Shown here: positions 1 through 8,536 of the stretch, piece by piece
Position numbering within the stretch: position 1 is the first letter of the stretch
How the letters are laid out: each line of letters begins with the position of its first letter
Source of the DNA: a virus
Virus record (IMG/VR): IMGVR_UViG_3300033183_000299
Span: 119,931 to 183,930 of that record
Strand: one strand, 5' to 3'
DNA: 64,000 nt
The notes under the pieces: generated by a model
Seen by the model: only the letters and a program-made list of their open reading frames with translations
The model's database searches: none
Told to the model about the DNA's origin: nothing
Made by a program: the position numbers and the translations under genes

Positions 1-693
1 TTCTTTTTCAAACCATGCTTGGTCTCTATCTGGATGTACATCCCAATTTAAAGTTGTAGGATAGAAATCATTCATTTCTGTTTCAGCTTCGGTAAACGTT
101 TTGTGAAACCAATTTCCAACCCCGTTAGGAGTGCTCAGAGCGATACAGCGGCCCCCTGTAGACAAAGTAGGGTAAAGACCCGTCCAAAGCTCTTCGAGGC
201 CGTCAACGAACGCTGCCTCGTCTATAATGAGCAAGGACAATGCTTCCGAACGACCAGCATCTCCAGATGTGGTTCCGGCTTTTACCTGAGATCCATTTGT
301 AAGCTCAAATGACTGTTTGTTGTCGGTTTGGATTTTCGCGATCATCATCCACGATGGGAGATTTCTGAAGATCATTTTTACCTTTTTTACAAGGTTTGTT
401 GCTGTGGAAAGTTTCGTTGCGATAACGAGAACATTCTTTTCTCGATGAAACAGCATGAACCAAGCAACATAGGCAGCTGAGATTGTCGAGATCCCAAGCT
501 GCCTTGCTTTTAAAATAACGTTGAAACGATAATCATTAAAGGACTTAAGCATGTCTCTCTGGTAGTCGTAAGTCTTAAATGGAATTTGACCTTTGAGAGG
601 ATGAGAGATCTTACAATAATTGTCGATGAAGTATTGAGGATCTTTTCCGCACCTTACAAGTTCTTTAACGATTTCATTTTTGGTGAGTTTCAT
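1..693 (-). CDS. terL: Terminase large subunit (T4 gp17-like), N-terminal ATPase part; runs off the window edge
   Basis: Absent from the ORF track; translated by hand from ATG at 693: MKLTKNEIVKELVRCGKDPQYFIDNY...YDYQ...LKARQLGIST (Walker A)...LLIIDEAAF (Walker B)...ALSTPNG (motif C). GGAG RBS upstream; frame open to position 1. Confidence 0.93.
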   Translation of the reverse strand, partial: MKLTKNEIVKELVRCGKDPQYFIDNYCKISHPLKGQIPFKTYDYQRDMLKSFNDYRFNVILKARQLGISTISAAYVAWFMLFHREKNVLVIATKLSTATNLVKKVKMIFRNLPSWMMIAKIQTDNKQSFELTNGSQVKAGTTSGDAGRSEALSLLIIDEAAFVDGLEELWTGLYPTLSTGGRCIALSTPNGVGNWFHKTFTEAETEMNDFYPTTLNWDVHPDRDQAWFEKE

Positions 694-703
694 TTACTCT
701 CCA

Positions 704-1261
704 TTACTTCTTTTGATTATCGGAAGCCTTAATCTTTTCATTTTGAGGGCGCTTTGCTTTTGCGAACTCTAAAAACTTTTTAGTAATGTCGCGAGTTGTA
801 TCTTCCGAAGGAGATTGAATCTCATCCATTTGTAAGCCGCCAATCTTGTAATGTTGGTAAGCCTGAACAAATGTGCGAACGTTTGAGGTCGTTTGAACAA
901 TAACTTGCGGATCACCTTTCGCAGTTAAAGAAACAGAGTTTCCAGTGATTGCTTTATATTCTTTTTGTAAGAACTTTTTTACTTCATTGATTGTGCGAGT
1001 GATTTCATTCTCAAAACCATTCTCCTTAAGGTCTTTCATCATCACATCAGATTGATAATTGATGATCATGGAGTCGCCATAGAACTTAACCTTGAAGCCG
1101 TCGATACAACGCTTATCAAGAAGAGGAATGCCTTCCTCTCGCATTAGGCCAACTTTGCGTGCCTTGCCGTCGTGTGAATAGTTTTCCATGTGAGCGCCGT
1201 CATAAGCATTTGCTGCTGCTTGGGCGAGCCCTTGGACAATTTCTAAAATTTCTTTACTCAT
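704..1261 (-). CDS. Hypothetical phage protein upstream of terminase
   Basis: Long ORF; likely start ATG 1261 (GGAGG RBS, ATGA overlap with previous stop). Confidence 0.7.
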   Translation of the reverse strand: MSKEILEIVQGLAQAAANAYDGAHMENYSHDGKARKVGLMREEGIPLLDKRCIDGFKVKFYGDSMIINYQSDVMMKDLKENGFENEITRTINEVKKFLQKEYKAITGNSVSLTAKGDPQVIVQTTSNVRTFVQAYQHYKIGGLQMDEIQSPSEDTTRDITKKFLEFAKAKRPQNEKIKASDNQKK

Positions 1262-1626
1262 TTGTTTGGCCTCCAACCTGATTTCCATCTTTCTTCACGC
1301 CCTTCAACCCATTGAATATAGCACTTAAGACAGCAATCAAATTTTGTCATGTAAAGGTCATCAACGGATTTGAAAGAATAAGTATTGCAAATTGGGCATG
1401 AACGCTTTGATTCTCTATTAAGTAGTTCTTTTGAGATTAAAACACCGTTCAAGTCTCTCATTGGAGACTCTTGTTTTTCTTGTCTGTAATTTGACTTAAG
1501 TTGTTCGAGATATTCTTTTTCCTTTTCATTATCCCATTGAGACTTTGGATTGACTATGGCTTCTTCGCCATATTTTTCAGCGATTGCTTTTTCAACTTTT
1601 GCAGCATAATTTGGATCTTTGCTCAT
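1258..1626 (-). CDS. Hypothetical protein with Cys motifs (CPIC...CCLKC), possible Zn finger
   Basis: 122 aa ORF translationally coupled on both sides. Confidence 0.7.
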   Translation of the reverse strand: MSKDPNYAAKVEKAIAEKYGEEAIVNPKSQWDNEKEKEYLEQLKSNYRQEKQESPMRDLNGVLISKELLNRESKRSCPICNTYSFKSVDDLYMTKFDCCLKCYIQWVEGREERWKSGWRPNK

Positions 1627-2030
1627 TAATTCTCCACGATTTGATTAACAGAATAGTAAGTCAATAGAGATGCTGCCGTACCAGTTAGAAATCCTCCAAA
1701 AAAGATCCATGATGCTCTTTTTGGGTTCACATGCTTTCTCAACATCTCGATTTCATTATCTTTGATCTCCATGAGAAGCTCATGTCTCTTTGTCAAAGTT
1801 TCCTTTTCAGCCTCTAAATAGTCAATGTGGAGGTCTTTTTCTGCTAACTTGAGAGAATAGTCGAGGGTCTTTTGGATGTCGCACTGTTCCTCGGTGAACT
1901 CCCTCATGGTCAAAATTGAGGCAACTGCTTCATCGTTGAACAATCTACCATTAAAAGGAGCCGTCTCGCCCTCGGAGAGTGGGGTCATCAACGGCTCTGC
2001 AAATGACAATGAAACTAATAGCCAAATCAT
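1626..2030 (-). CDS. Exported/membrane protein, possible spanin component
   Basis: Short signal peptide MIWLLVSLSFA, central coiled coil, C-terminal TM (WIFFGGFLTGTAASLLTYY). Confidence 0.5.
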   Translation of the reverse strand: MIWLLVSLSFAEPLMTPLSEGETAPFNGRLFNDEAVASILTMREFTEEQCDIQKTLDYSLKLAEKDLHIDYLEAEKETLTKRHELLMEIKDNEIEMLRKHVNPKRASWIFFGGFLTGTAASLLTYYSVNQIVEN

Positions 2031-2398
2031 TTTAATTTCGCAATATTAAATTCTTCCAACAACAATCGATCGATTGCTTCAGGGTCCTCTTTGGCAAGCT
2101 CAAGCAACTCAAGCTTTCTATTTAGAGTTTCTTTCTCGAGTTCCGTCTTCGCAACTCTTGCTTCTTTTCTAAGTTTGATCCGTGTATTCACATACTTCTG
2201 ATGTGCTTTTGCTATGGACAACTTTTCTTCAGCAGATAGTTCTTTCTCTATTTCAATTTCTTTTTCTTTGCTCTCGGTAACTTCGAGAACTAGTTTATCG
2301 GATGCTCGCTTTCCACTGCGTCCAATAGCAAAGGCCAATAGTGCAACACCAGCAGCAGCGAACCATTCCCACTTTTCTTTAATGTATTCCCAAATCAT
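2027..2398 (-). CDS. N-terminal TM + coiled-coil protein, i-spanin-like
   Basis: WFAAAGVALLAFAIG TM followed by E/K-rich helix; ATGA overlap with the holin-like gene's stop. Confidence 0.5.
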   Translation of the reverse strand: MIWEYIKEKWEWFAAAGVALLAFAIGRSGKRASDKLVLEVTESKEKEIEIEKELSAEEKLSIAKAHQKYVNTRIKLRKEARVAKTELEKETLNRKLELLELAKEDPEAIDRLLLEEFNIAKLK

Positions 2399-2610
2399 CC
2401 GTGTCTCCAAGTTCTTGCGAAGTCAATCGCAGTTTGGCCACCGATGTAGGTCATGGCGATCATCCCCCATGTGTCGGCATCTAATCCAACGCCCAAATAC
2501 AAAAGGGCAGTAGCGACAGCGAATACAAGGAGCTTTCTTGAGATTGCTCTTTCCATTACGCTATCGATAATGCCCTTCTTTTCTTCTTTTGATTGTTTAG
2601 AGTCTTCCAT
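2395..2610 (-). CDS. Holin-like small two-TM protein
   Basis: 71 aa; SRKLLVFAVATALLYLG and WGMIAMTYIGGQ hydrophobic segments; AGGAG RBS; candidate late motif at 2635-2642. Confidence 0.55.
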   Translation of the reverse strand: MEDSKQSKEEKKGIIDSVMERAISRKLLVFAVATALLYLGVGLDADTWGMIAMTYIGGQTAIDFARTWRHG

Positions 2611-2650
2611 AATAAGTTCTCCTATGGTTGACCCTAAGTAGTTTCAGAGT

Positions 2651-5260
2651 TTACAATTTGACTTGTGCATACCCGTCAGTCTTATCGATCTCAATTGTTG
2701 TATCAACAATGTCCTTGAGACTTTCTAAATGAGTGATCAGCAATACTGTTTTGAATTGAGTTTTGATCATCTGAAGTAATTGAACAAAACCTTCCATATG
2801 CTCAGCATCTAATGCCGTTGCCGGTTCATCAAGAATGAATAGTTGGCTCTTTGGTAGAGACGATACTGAGATTAGGGCAAGTCGAACAGCCATAGAAGCA
2901 ATTGTCTTTTCAGCACCAGACCCCATGGACAATGGTCGAGCATCATATTTCGGATGCTTTAGGTAGACCTCCAACTTATCTCCATCCTCAGCAAAGAACA
3001 CTTGAAAATCAACGATGGAAGAAAGAACTTTTTGGATCTCATCGTTGATGATTGGAAGCATTGATTTGATAACTTCGTATGAAATTCCATTCGCATGAGT
3101 TGCTTTTACAAAGATGTCATAAGCAATGTAATCACGCTCAGCTTCTTTGATTTGTTCAATTCTCTCATTGGCTTCCTGAATCATACGTTCAGCAGAACCT
3201 TTTTCAGACATGTACCCAAGAACCTTTTCATCGCATCGTTTGATATCGGCAATCTTCAAATCAACAGTCTTATTGATTGCTAATAAGTCTCTCTTAAGGG
3301 AGGAAAGGTTTTCATACGCTTCAATGTTTTCGTTGTAGTATGCGATATCTGAATTGAGCTTCTCGATACGATGCTCAGCTAAAGATGCTTTACCTTCAAA
3401 GTTTTCCCACTGAATACTCATGTTTCTGATTTCATCAGTTAGTTTCTTATGAGATGTTTTGCTATCTGAATATCGATTGATAATGTTGTTCAGCGCTTCT
3501 TCATCAAACAAAGAACCTTTCATTTTAAGATCCAAAAGCTTTGACTTGATGTCTTCAATCTCAATATTCATTGGAGGTACTTTGCTTTTTGCTGCTTCCG
3601 CTTCCTTTACAAACTCATTATCGCAACAATATTTACAATCCGGATCGTACTCATGACCTTTGAGCATATCTATCTTTGATTGTAAGTTATCTCTCTTACG
3701 AGTTTTGCTTTGGAGGTCTTTGGTCAACTCTTTTAATTCTGACTTGATGGTCTCTAGGTCTTTGAGTTCAAGTTCAGCCTTATTGGAAGCTTCAAGCATG
3801 CTTGGAAGAGAAGAGGTCAAATCTTCAATCTGAGAGCGTTTTGACTTAATCTTGGTAGACAATGCCTCCATTTGATTGCGAGAACTTGAGAGTGTCTTTT
3901 CGGCCTCTTTAAGAAGTGATTTGACTGAATCAATATCTATCTCTTTTTGGGATGCTGCCTCTACTTGTTCTTTGATCATCGTTTGTTCTTGTTTAAGGGT
4001 ATCTAAACGGATATTGTGTCGATCGCATAAGTCTTTTTGAACCTCGATATCTTCAAGGATCTCGGACAACTCCTCTTTCGCTCGAGACAATTTCTTATCC
4101 CAATCAGCAGATTGAAGATGTTTGATTACGCCACGCATTTCGGCAGAGTCTTGCTTTGCTAGTTTGTGCATTTGATCAAATATTTGAAGATCCAAAAACT
4201 TAGCCAGAATTTCTTTGCGTTTCGTTGATCCTTCGCTGATAAATCCAAAAGAATCGTTCTGTGCTGCTAGAGAGGTCATCATAAAGTCCTCTAATGACCC
4301 AAAAGTATCCTTGATGTTATCATCAGTTTTGTTTCGGGTATCTCCATTTTTGGACTCCGGAGTTGTTCCAAAGTTATACTTTGTAAAGTCTAGCTCTGTT
4401 TTAGCCGAGATGACTTCTCGACCTTTAGACTTTCCGGTTGTTTTTTCGAGGCTTCGAGCAATTTTATAAACATCATCGCCGACAGCGATCTCGAGCTTAC
4501 AAGAAGCTCTTTCTTGGTTTTGATTGATGATATGGACATTCTTTCTTTCTCCCTTAGATGTAGTATTAAATAGGCCAAACAAAGCAGCGTCAATAATTGA
4601 AGACTTGCCTGAATAGTTTTTACCGAAGATGCCCACAAGCCCATTTAACTTGCTGAAATCTAGAGTATTGCCTTTTCCGTAATTAAATAGGTAGTCCCAC
4701 TTCATTTTCTTAATATCCCAAACAACATTTCGAGATACGCCGTTCGATGAATCAACTTTCTTTAAATACTCTTGCGAAAGCTCAACTACGCGATCTTTGA
4801 CTGAGTCTTCAACTTCATTTGTCTCCATAAATTCACGAAGAAACTTTTCTTGATTCTTTGGGTCTCGCATGTTGATTGCCTTACCGCCATTGGCTGAAGA
4901 CACCGAAGCTGATGACTGAGAATTGTTTACAAAAGAAACCGAATGAGTCGACCACTTAACTTGGGCGTAATCGCAGGCTCTCTTTAATTTTGCTGTGGGT
5001 AAGTTATAATTACAAACCAATCGTAAACGAGCATTCTTGGGTACATCTACATTGGGTAGTGTACCATCTTGATTTAGATGCACTGTAATAAATGGTCGAG
5101 GAGATTGGAATAATCTTTTCTCGATTGAATGCTTGTCTTTGGAGTGAATATTCCAAATCAAATAACCTTTTAGGCGAGACTCTCCAAAGTTCTGTTGCAC
5201 AGTGCTGCCTGCATAAATGCAGATGCACTTCTTTTTTCTTAATTTAATTTTTTTAGCCAT
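2651..5260 (-). CDS. sbcC: Mre11/SbcD C-terminal part fused to Rad50/SbcC ATPase (gp46-like)
   Basis: IYAGSTVQQNFGE (late Mre11 motif), Walker A GKNYSGKSS, coiled coils, Zn hook CKYC, signature LSMGSGAE, Walker B LFILDEP, LITH. Own GGAGG RBS. Confidence 0.92.
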   Translation of the reverse strand: MAKKIKLRKKKCICIYAGSTVQQNFGESRLKGYLIWNIHSKDKHSIEKRLFQSPRPFITVHLNQDGTLPNVDVPKNARLRLVCNYNLPTAKLKRACDYAQVKWSTHSVSFVNNSQSSASVSSANGGKAINMRDPKNQEKFLREFMETNEVEDSVKDRVVELSQEYLKKVDSSNGVSRNVVWDIKKMKWDYLFNYGKGNTLDFSKLNGLVGIFGKNYSGKSSIIDAALFGLFNTTSKGERKNVHIINQNQERASCKLEIAVGDDVYKIARSLEKTTGKSKGREVISAKTELDFTKYNFGTTPESKNGDTRNKTDDNIKDTFGSLEDFMMTSLAAQNDSFGFISEGSTKRKEILAKFLDLQIFDQMHKLAKQDSAEMRGVIKHLQSADWDKKLSRAKEELSEILEDIEVQKDLCDRHNIRLDTLKQEQTMIKEQVEAASQKEIDIDSVKSLLKEAEKTLSSSRNQMEALSTKIKSKRSQIEDLTSSLPSMLEASNKAELELKDLETIKSELKELTKDLQSKTRKRDNLQSKIDMLKGHEYDPDCKYCCDNEFVKEAEAAKSKVPPMNIEIEDIKSKLLDLKMKGSLFDEEALNNIINRYSDSKTSHKKLTDEIRNMSIQWENFEGKASLAEHRIEKLNSDIAYYNENIEAYENLSSLKRDLLAINKTVDLKIADIKRCDEKVLGYMSEKGSAERMIQEANERIEQIKEAERDYIAYDIFVKATHANGISYEVIKSMLPIINDEIQKVLSSIVDFQVFFAEDGDKLEVYLKHPKYDARPLSMGSGAEKTIASMAVRLALISVSSLPKSQLFILDEPATALDAEHMEGFVQLLQMIKTQFKTVLLITHLESLKDIVDTTIEIDKTDGYAQVKL

Positions 5261-6048
5261 TTGTCCTCCATTTTATTTGACTTTTTTAAATTTTCTTTCC
5301 ATGGAATGAATTGCAAGTTTGATATATCACCTATGATATCTGGGGATATATCGTTTAACCATCCATAGGAAATTGGTATGATATGGTCCAAATGATAACA
5401 ATCTTCATTCAAATCAGATCTCCCCCTTTTATCATAATGAGGCAAGGTAGATAAATCTTGAGATTCTGTTATTCTCTTTACTTGTTTATAATATCTTTCT
5501 TTATTGCTCAATTTGGCCTCATATTCTTCAAATGGAATTCCAACCATCGTCTCTATTAATGTTTTGCGTCGGCGCTCTATGACATCTGCATCAATCATAG
5601 AGGCTGCGAGTTCAAGCGAGCCGGAGCCATACATCTCTATGCATGTTTGTTCACATTTTTCTCGGCATTCTTTATTGGACCAATTGTGTCGAGAGCCATA
5701 TTTTTCTAAATAAGTCTGTTTTCTCCTTTGAATAGATTCTGGTGACCATCCAAAATTATAGCCTGTTTCTTCAAAAAATTTTTCTCTTGCTTCTTCTCGA
5801 GAAGACAAAACTTTGTCGACATAGTCTTCGTCTTTCCAAAATTCAATCATTGCTTTAGATTTCAAGAGTTTTGATTTCTCAGACTGCTCTTTCCCATACA
5901 TATGGTTTCCTTCACCTTTCATTATTTTCTTTTTATGTTCATCGACGCAGTTTCTAGAGCAATAGTGTCTTTTCGATCTCTTGAGTCTAGATGTTGCTTT
6001 TTCAAATTCAACACAGCAATTATCGCACTTTATTTTAGTCATTTTCAT
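5239..6048 (-). CDS. Free-standing HNH homing endonuclease
   Basis: N-terminal CDNC...YCSRNC, NUMOD3-like GEGNHMYGK, RKQTYLEKYG repeat-like segments, C-terminal YHLDHIIP...NLQFIPWKENLKKSN; GGAGGAG RBS. Confidence 0.88.
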   Translation of the reverse strand: MKMTKIKCDNCCVEFEKATSRLKRSKRHYCSRNCVDEHKKKIMKGEGNHMYGKEQSEKSKLLKSKAMIEFWKDEDYVDKVLSSREEAREKFFEETGYNFGWSPESIQRRKQTYLEKYGSRHNWSNKECREKCEQTCIEMYGSGSLELAASMIDADVIERRRKTLIETMVGIPFEEYEAKLSNKERYYKQVKRITESQDLSTLPHYDKRGRSDLNEDCYHLDHIIPISYGWLNDISPDIIGDISNLQFIPWKENLKKSNKMEDKWLKKLN

Positions 6049-6100
6049 TTTTTACTCCTCCCTTATGTTTTGTTGGATAGTAGTAAATAGTTTTGCTGAA

Positions 6101-6787
6101 CTATTCTTCTACAATTTCCCAACCATTCTTGAGAAATTTATCTAATTCAGATTCATCAATCTCTATTTCTTCATATTCATTTTTATTGAAATCTGAAGTT
6201 CCGAGTCTTTGAGTCTTGTGAATATCTCCAAGCATGGCGTAATCAAAGTCTTCGAAAATTGAAACATCGTCTTCTCCATGGTCCAATGAGAACCCACTTC
6301 CAACCATTGAGCCACGAACAGCTCCATGATACAAGGCTATGTTGATAGCGTTTTCATTAGATGGGGCTTGCCAATTATCTCTATCGAACACAGAGAGAAC
6401 ATTGAAAGTCAGACCTGGCTCTGGAGAGTATTCGCCTGAGTTTTTCAGCAAAGTGAAATTTGGATGATTCATTGCCTCAACAATTGGAGTCACCGCATCT
6501 TGACGATCTCCATTTTTAAGATTTCCATCATGATTTCCAAGAATCATAATTGTTGGTGCGATATCTGCGAGAGACTTCAAAAAGTTAGAAGCCATCTCAA
6601 AATATTCTGGTGATAATTGTGTTTTTGTGTGAGCAAGGTCACCAGTATGTACAATGTAGTCTGGTTGCTCTTGCTTTAATGAGTCATATATTTGATTAAA
6701 CACGTGACGATATTCGTCATGATATTTAAGGTTTCGGATGTGTGTGTCACTAATGTGGCTAATTCTAAACATTTTTTTCTTAGTCAT
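6101..6787 (-). CDS. sbcD: Mre11/SbcD nuclease, N-terminal metallophosphoesterase part (gp47-like)
   Basis: SDTH, GDLAH, GNHD, YHG, GDIH motifs in order, then an acidic tail and stop before the YAGS motif. Confidence 0.92.
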   Translation of the reverse strand: MTKKKMFRISHISDTHIRNLKYHDEYRHVFNQIYDSLKQEQPDYIVHTGDLAHTKTQLSPEYFEMASNFLKSLADIAPTIMILGNHDGNLKNGDRQDAVTPIVEAMNHPNFTLLKNSGEYSPEPGLTFNVLSVFDRDNWQAPSNENAINIALYHGAVRGSMVGSGFSLDHGEDDVSIFEDFDYAMLGDIHKTQRLGTSDFNKNEYEEIEIDESELDKFLKNGWEIVEE

Positions 6788-7104
6788 TTGTCCTCCATGA
6801 TCTTGTTGCGTATTTCTAATGTAACACGATTTGATTGATGTGTCAAGTAAAAATCTTCACTTTCTTCAAAAAAAAGTGGACCACCCTTCATATGCGTTAG
6901 GTCCAAGGTGTTATATTCAAAAAATGTTATGGCCGTTCCATATTCCCAATGATTATACTTCCTCATACAATCCATGAGCATTTCTGTGTGATACACAAGT
7001 CTACCCCTATCAAAAGCTACAATTGCCTCATTGTAATGCTCTTGTGGCTCAATAATAATGAACTCGTGCCCTAACTCTAATCCTTCTTGGATAAATTTAT
7101 TCAT
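6784..7104 (-). CDS. Hypothetical phage protein
   Basis: Start ATG 7104 with AGGAGG RBS; the track's longer start overlaps a promoter. Confidence 0.7.
   Translation of the reverse strand: MNKFIQEGLELGHEFIIIEPQEHYNEAIVAFDRGRLVYHTEMLMDCMRKYNHWEYGTAITFFEYNTLDLTHMKGGPLFFEESEDFYLTHQSNRVTLEIRNKIMEDK
6818..6846 (-). promoter_or_regulatory. sigma70-type promoter for sbcD, inside the upstream gene
   Basis: TTGACA-N17-TACATT with CGTGT before the -10. Confidence 0.8.
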
Positions 7105-7127
7105 GATAACCTCCTGTGGTGTTAGAT

Positions 7128-7156
7128 AATGTAACACGTTCAAAAGAAGTTGTCAA
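7128..7156 (-). promoter_or_regulatory. sigma70-type promoter
   Basis: TTGACA-ACTTCTTTTGAACGTGT-TACATT. Confidence 0.85.
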
Positions 7157-7157
7157 G

Positions 7158-7364
7158 TTAATTAAGTAAAATAATCATCTCTGATGAGACCACCATATCT
7201 ACATCTCCAAATAAAACCGAATACCATGTGATGCCTCGTCCAAATTCTTCGCCAAGAAGCTCATCAAAAGAGATGACTTCCAAGACAACCCCTACGTTTG
7301 GTATAGTCTGACTTTGATATTCTTCTAGAAACTCTACTAAGCTGCCTATTTCGATTTGTCCCAC
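7158..7364 (-). CDS. Small SH3/KOW-like hypothetical protein
   Basis: GTG start with GGAGGG RBS; IGSLVE...VGVVLE...WYSVLF pattern. Confidence 0.6.
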   Translation of the reverse strand: MGQIEIGSLVEFLEEYQSQTIPNVGVVLEVISFDELLGEEFGRGITWYSVLFGDVDMVVSSEMIILLN

Positions 7365-7407
7365 ATAAGACCCTCCACTATTAAATAGTGTCGGAACTGC
7401 GGGAGTC

Positions 7408-8316
7408 CTACTCGATGTGACCTGTTCCTACTACCGACCATTCAAGTTGGGCATCCACATAGCCATTGAGGCCTTCATACGGAACTCTTTGGCGAGAAAA
7501 TCTTGTCATGTGGATTGCGGTCAACGCCCACGTTGGATAGCTTTGAAAATAAGATCCGTCAAAAAAATAAAATCCATCATCCGTAGTTGAACATGATACT
7601 ACGCCAAGCAACTGACTCCCGTCTGGTGAGTATGTGGCGATTGTAATGTTAAATAAATCTGGTCCTCCGGATGGTCCCCAGGAGAACTGCGTTCCAAACT
7701 TGGATACTACAGCTGCGAAAGCATATGAGATGTCTACATAACGCATCTCATAAGGTTCAACAAAGTCAAATCCGTGGATAGAGCGAAACTGAAATGAAGT
7801 TCCATCTTGTGCCTGAACATTAAGCATGGTGTCTCGATCATATTGGCTCTCGGAGATAAAGCCGCTGTATACGTTTGTTCCATTGTTATAGGCCGTGAAT
7901 GAGTTGGGATTACCGTAGATGTTAAGTGACTGTCCGATATTGATCGGAGAAACTCCAATGGCCACAGGATTGACCGAGTTGACGCATTGACCAGCAGGAG
8001 GGAACCATGTTGGATGTGTCTCATTGATCTTGTTGTGGAACTTTGCTGAGAAGTTAATTGTGATTTCTTGATAAACTCCCATGCAGGCTTGGCAAGCCAC
8101 TTGTTCGAGAGTGTAGTTTACAAGCCCTACGGTGCCCTCTAATGGCTCCGATGAAGGCTCTCCACTTGGCTCACTAGTGGGAGACGAAGATGGCTCAGAA
8201 GAAGGCTGAGAGACTGCTGTGTCGACAATTGAGATTGATGTATCTTGTGATTTAATTTCTGTGTATCCATAAATTCCAACGTCCATACCGCAAGCTAGCA
8301 AAAAACCTAATAACAT
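7408..8316 (-). CDS. Lipoprotein with Ser/Pro/Glu linker
   Basis: Lipobox LLAC at residue 9, (S/T)SEP repeat linker, beta-rich body, AGGAG RBS. Confidence 0.75.
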   Translation of the reverse strand: MLLGFLLACGMDVGIYGYTEIKSQDTSISIVDTAVSQPSSEPSSSPTSEPSGEPSSEPLEGTVGLVNYTLEQVACQACMGVYQEITINFSAKFHNKINETHPTWFPPAGQCVNSVNPVAIGVSPINIGQSLNIYGNPNSFTAYNNGTNVYSGFISESQYDRDTMLNVQAQDGTSFQFRSIHGFDFVEPYEMRYVDISYAFAAVVSKFGTQFSWGPSGGPDLFNITIATYSPDGSQLLGVVSCSTTDDGFYFFDGSYFQSYPTWALTAIHMTRFSRQRVPYEGLNGYVDAQLEWSVVGTGHIE

Positions 8317-8325
8317 ATCAATCTC

Positions 8326-8535
8326 CTAATGTTCTTTAATGATTATGTAACCCCACAAATCACTTCTAATATAATCCAGATTGTATTCTCGAATTACTTC
8401 GCAAGCAATATTTTTCATGGCCTCTGAGTTGCCTGTTATAATTTTTATACAGTCGCCCCAGTTATCATTAATAAATAGTTCGACTTGACCTTTGGCTTCC
8501 TCATGCCTAAATCCATGAAGATCGATGACTTTCAT
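8326..8535 (-). CDS. Stand-alone Smr-domain protein
   Basis: IDLHG...IKIITG motifs in 69 aa. Confidence 0.75.
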   Translation of the reverse strand: MKVIDLHGFRHEEAKGQVELFINDNWGDCIKIITGNSEAMKNIACEVIREYNLDYIRSDLWGYIIIKEH

Positions 8536-8536
8536 T

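Noticed and set aside
661-693. Terminase also starts MKLTK, like the two leader proteins
   Set aside because: Similarity fades after five residues (no LKRIIKEELE); probably coincidence.
5228-6202. Split intein or group I intron explanation for the sbcD break
   Set aside because: No Cys/Ser-initiated IntN after the N-extein and no His-Asn before the resumed sequence; both halves have their own RBS, start and stop; no intron core was recognisable. Splicing is not formally excluded without RT-PCR.
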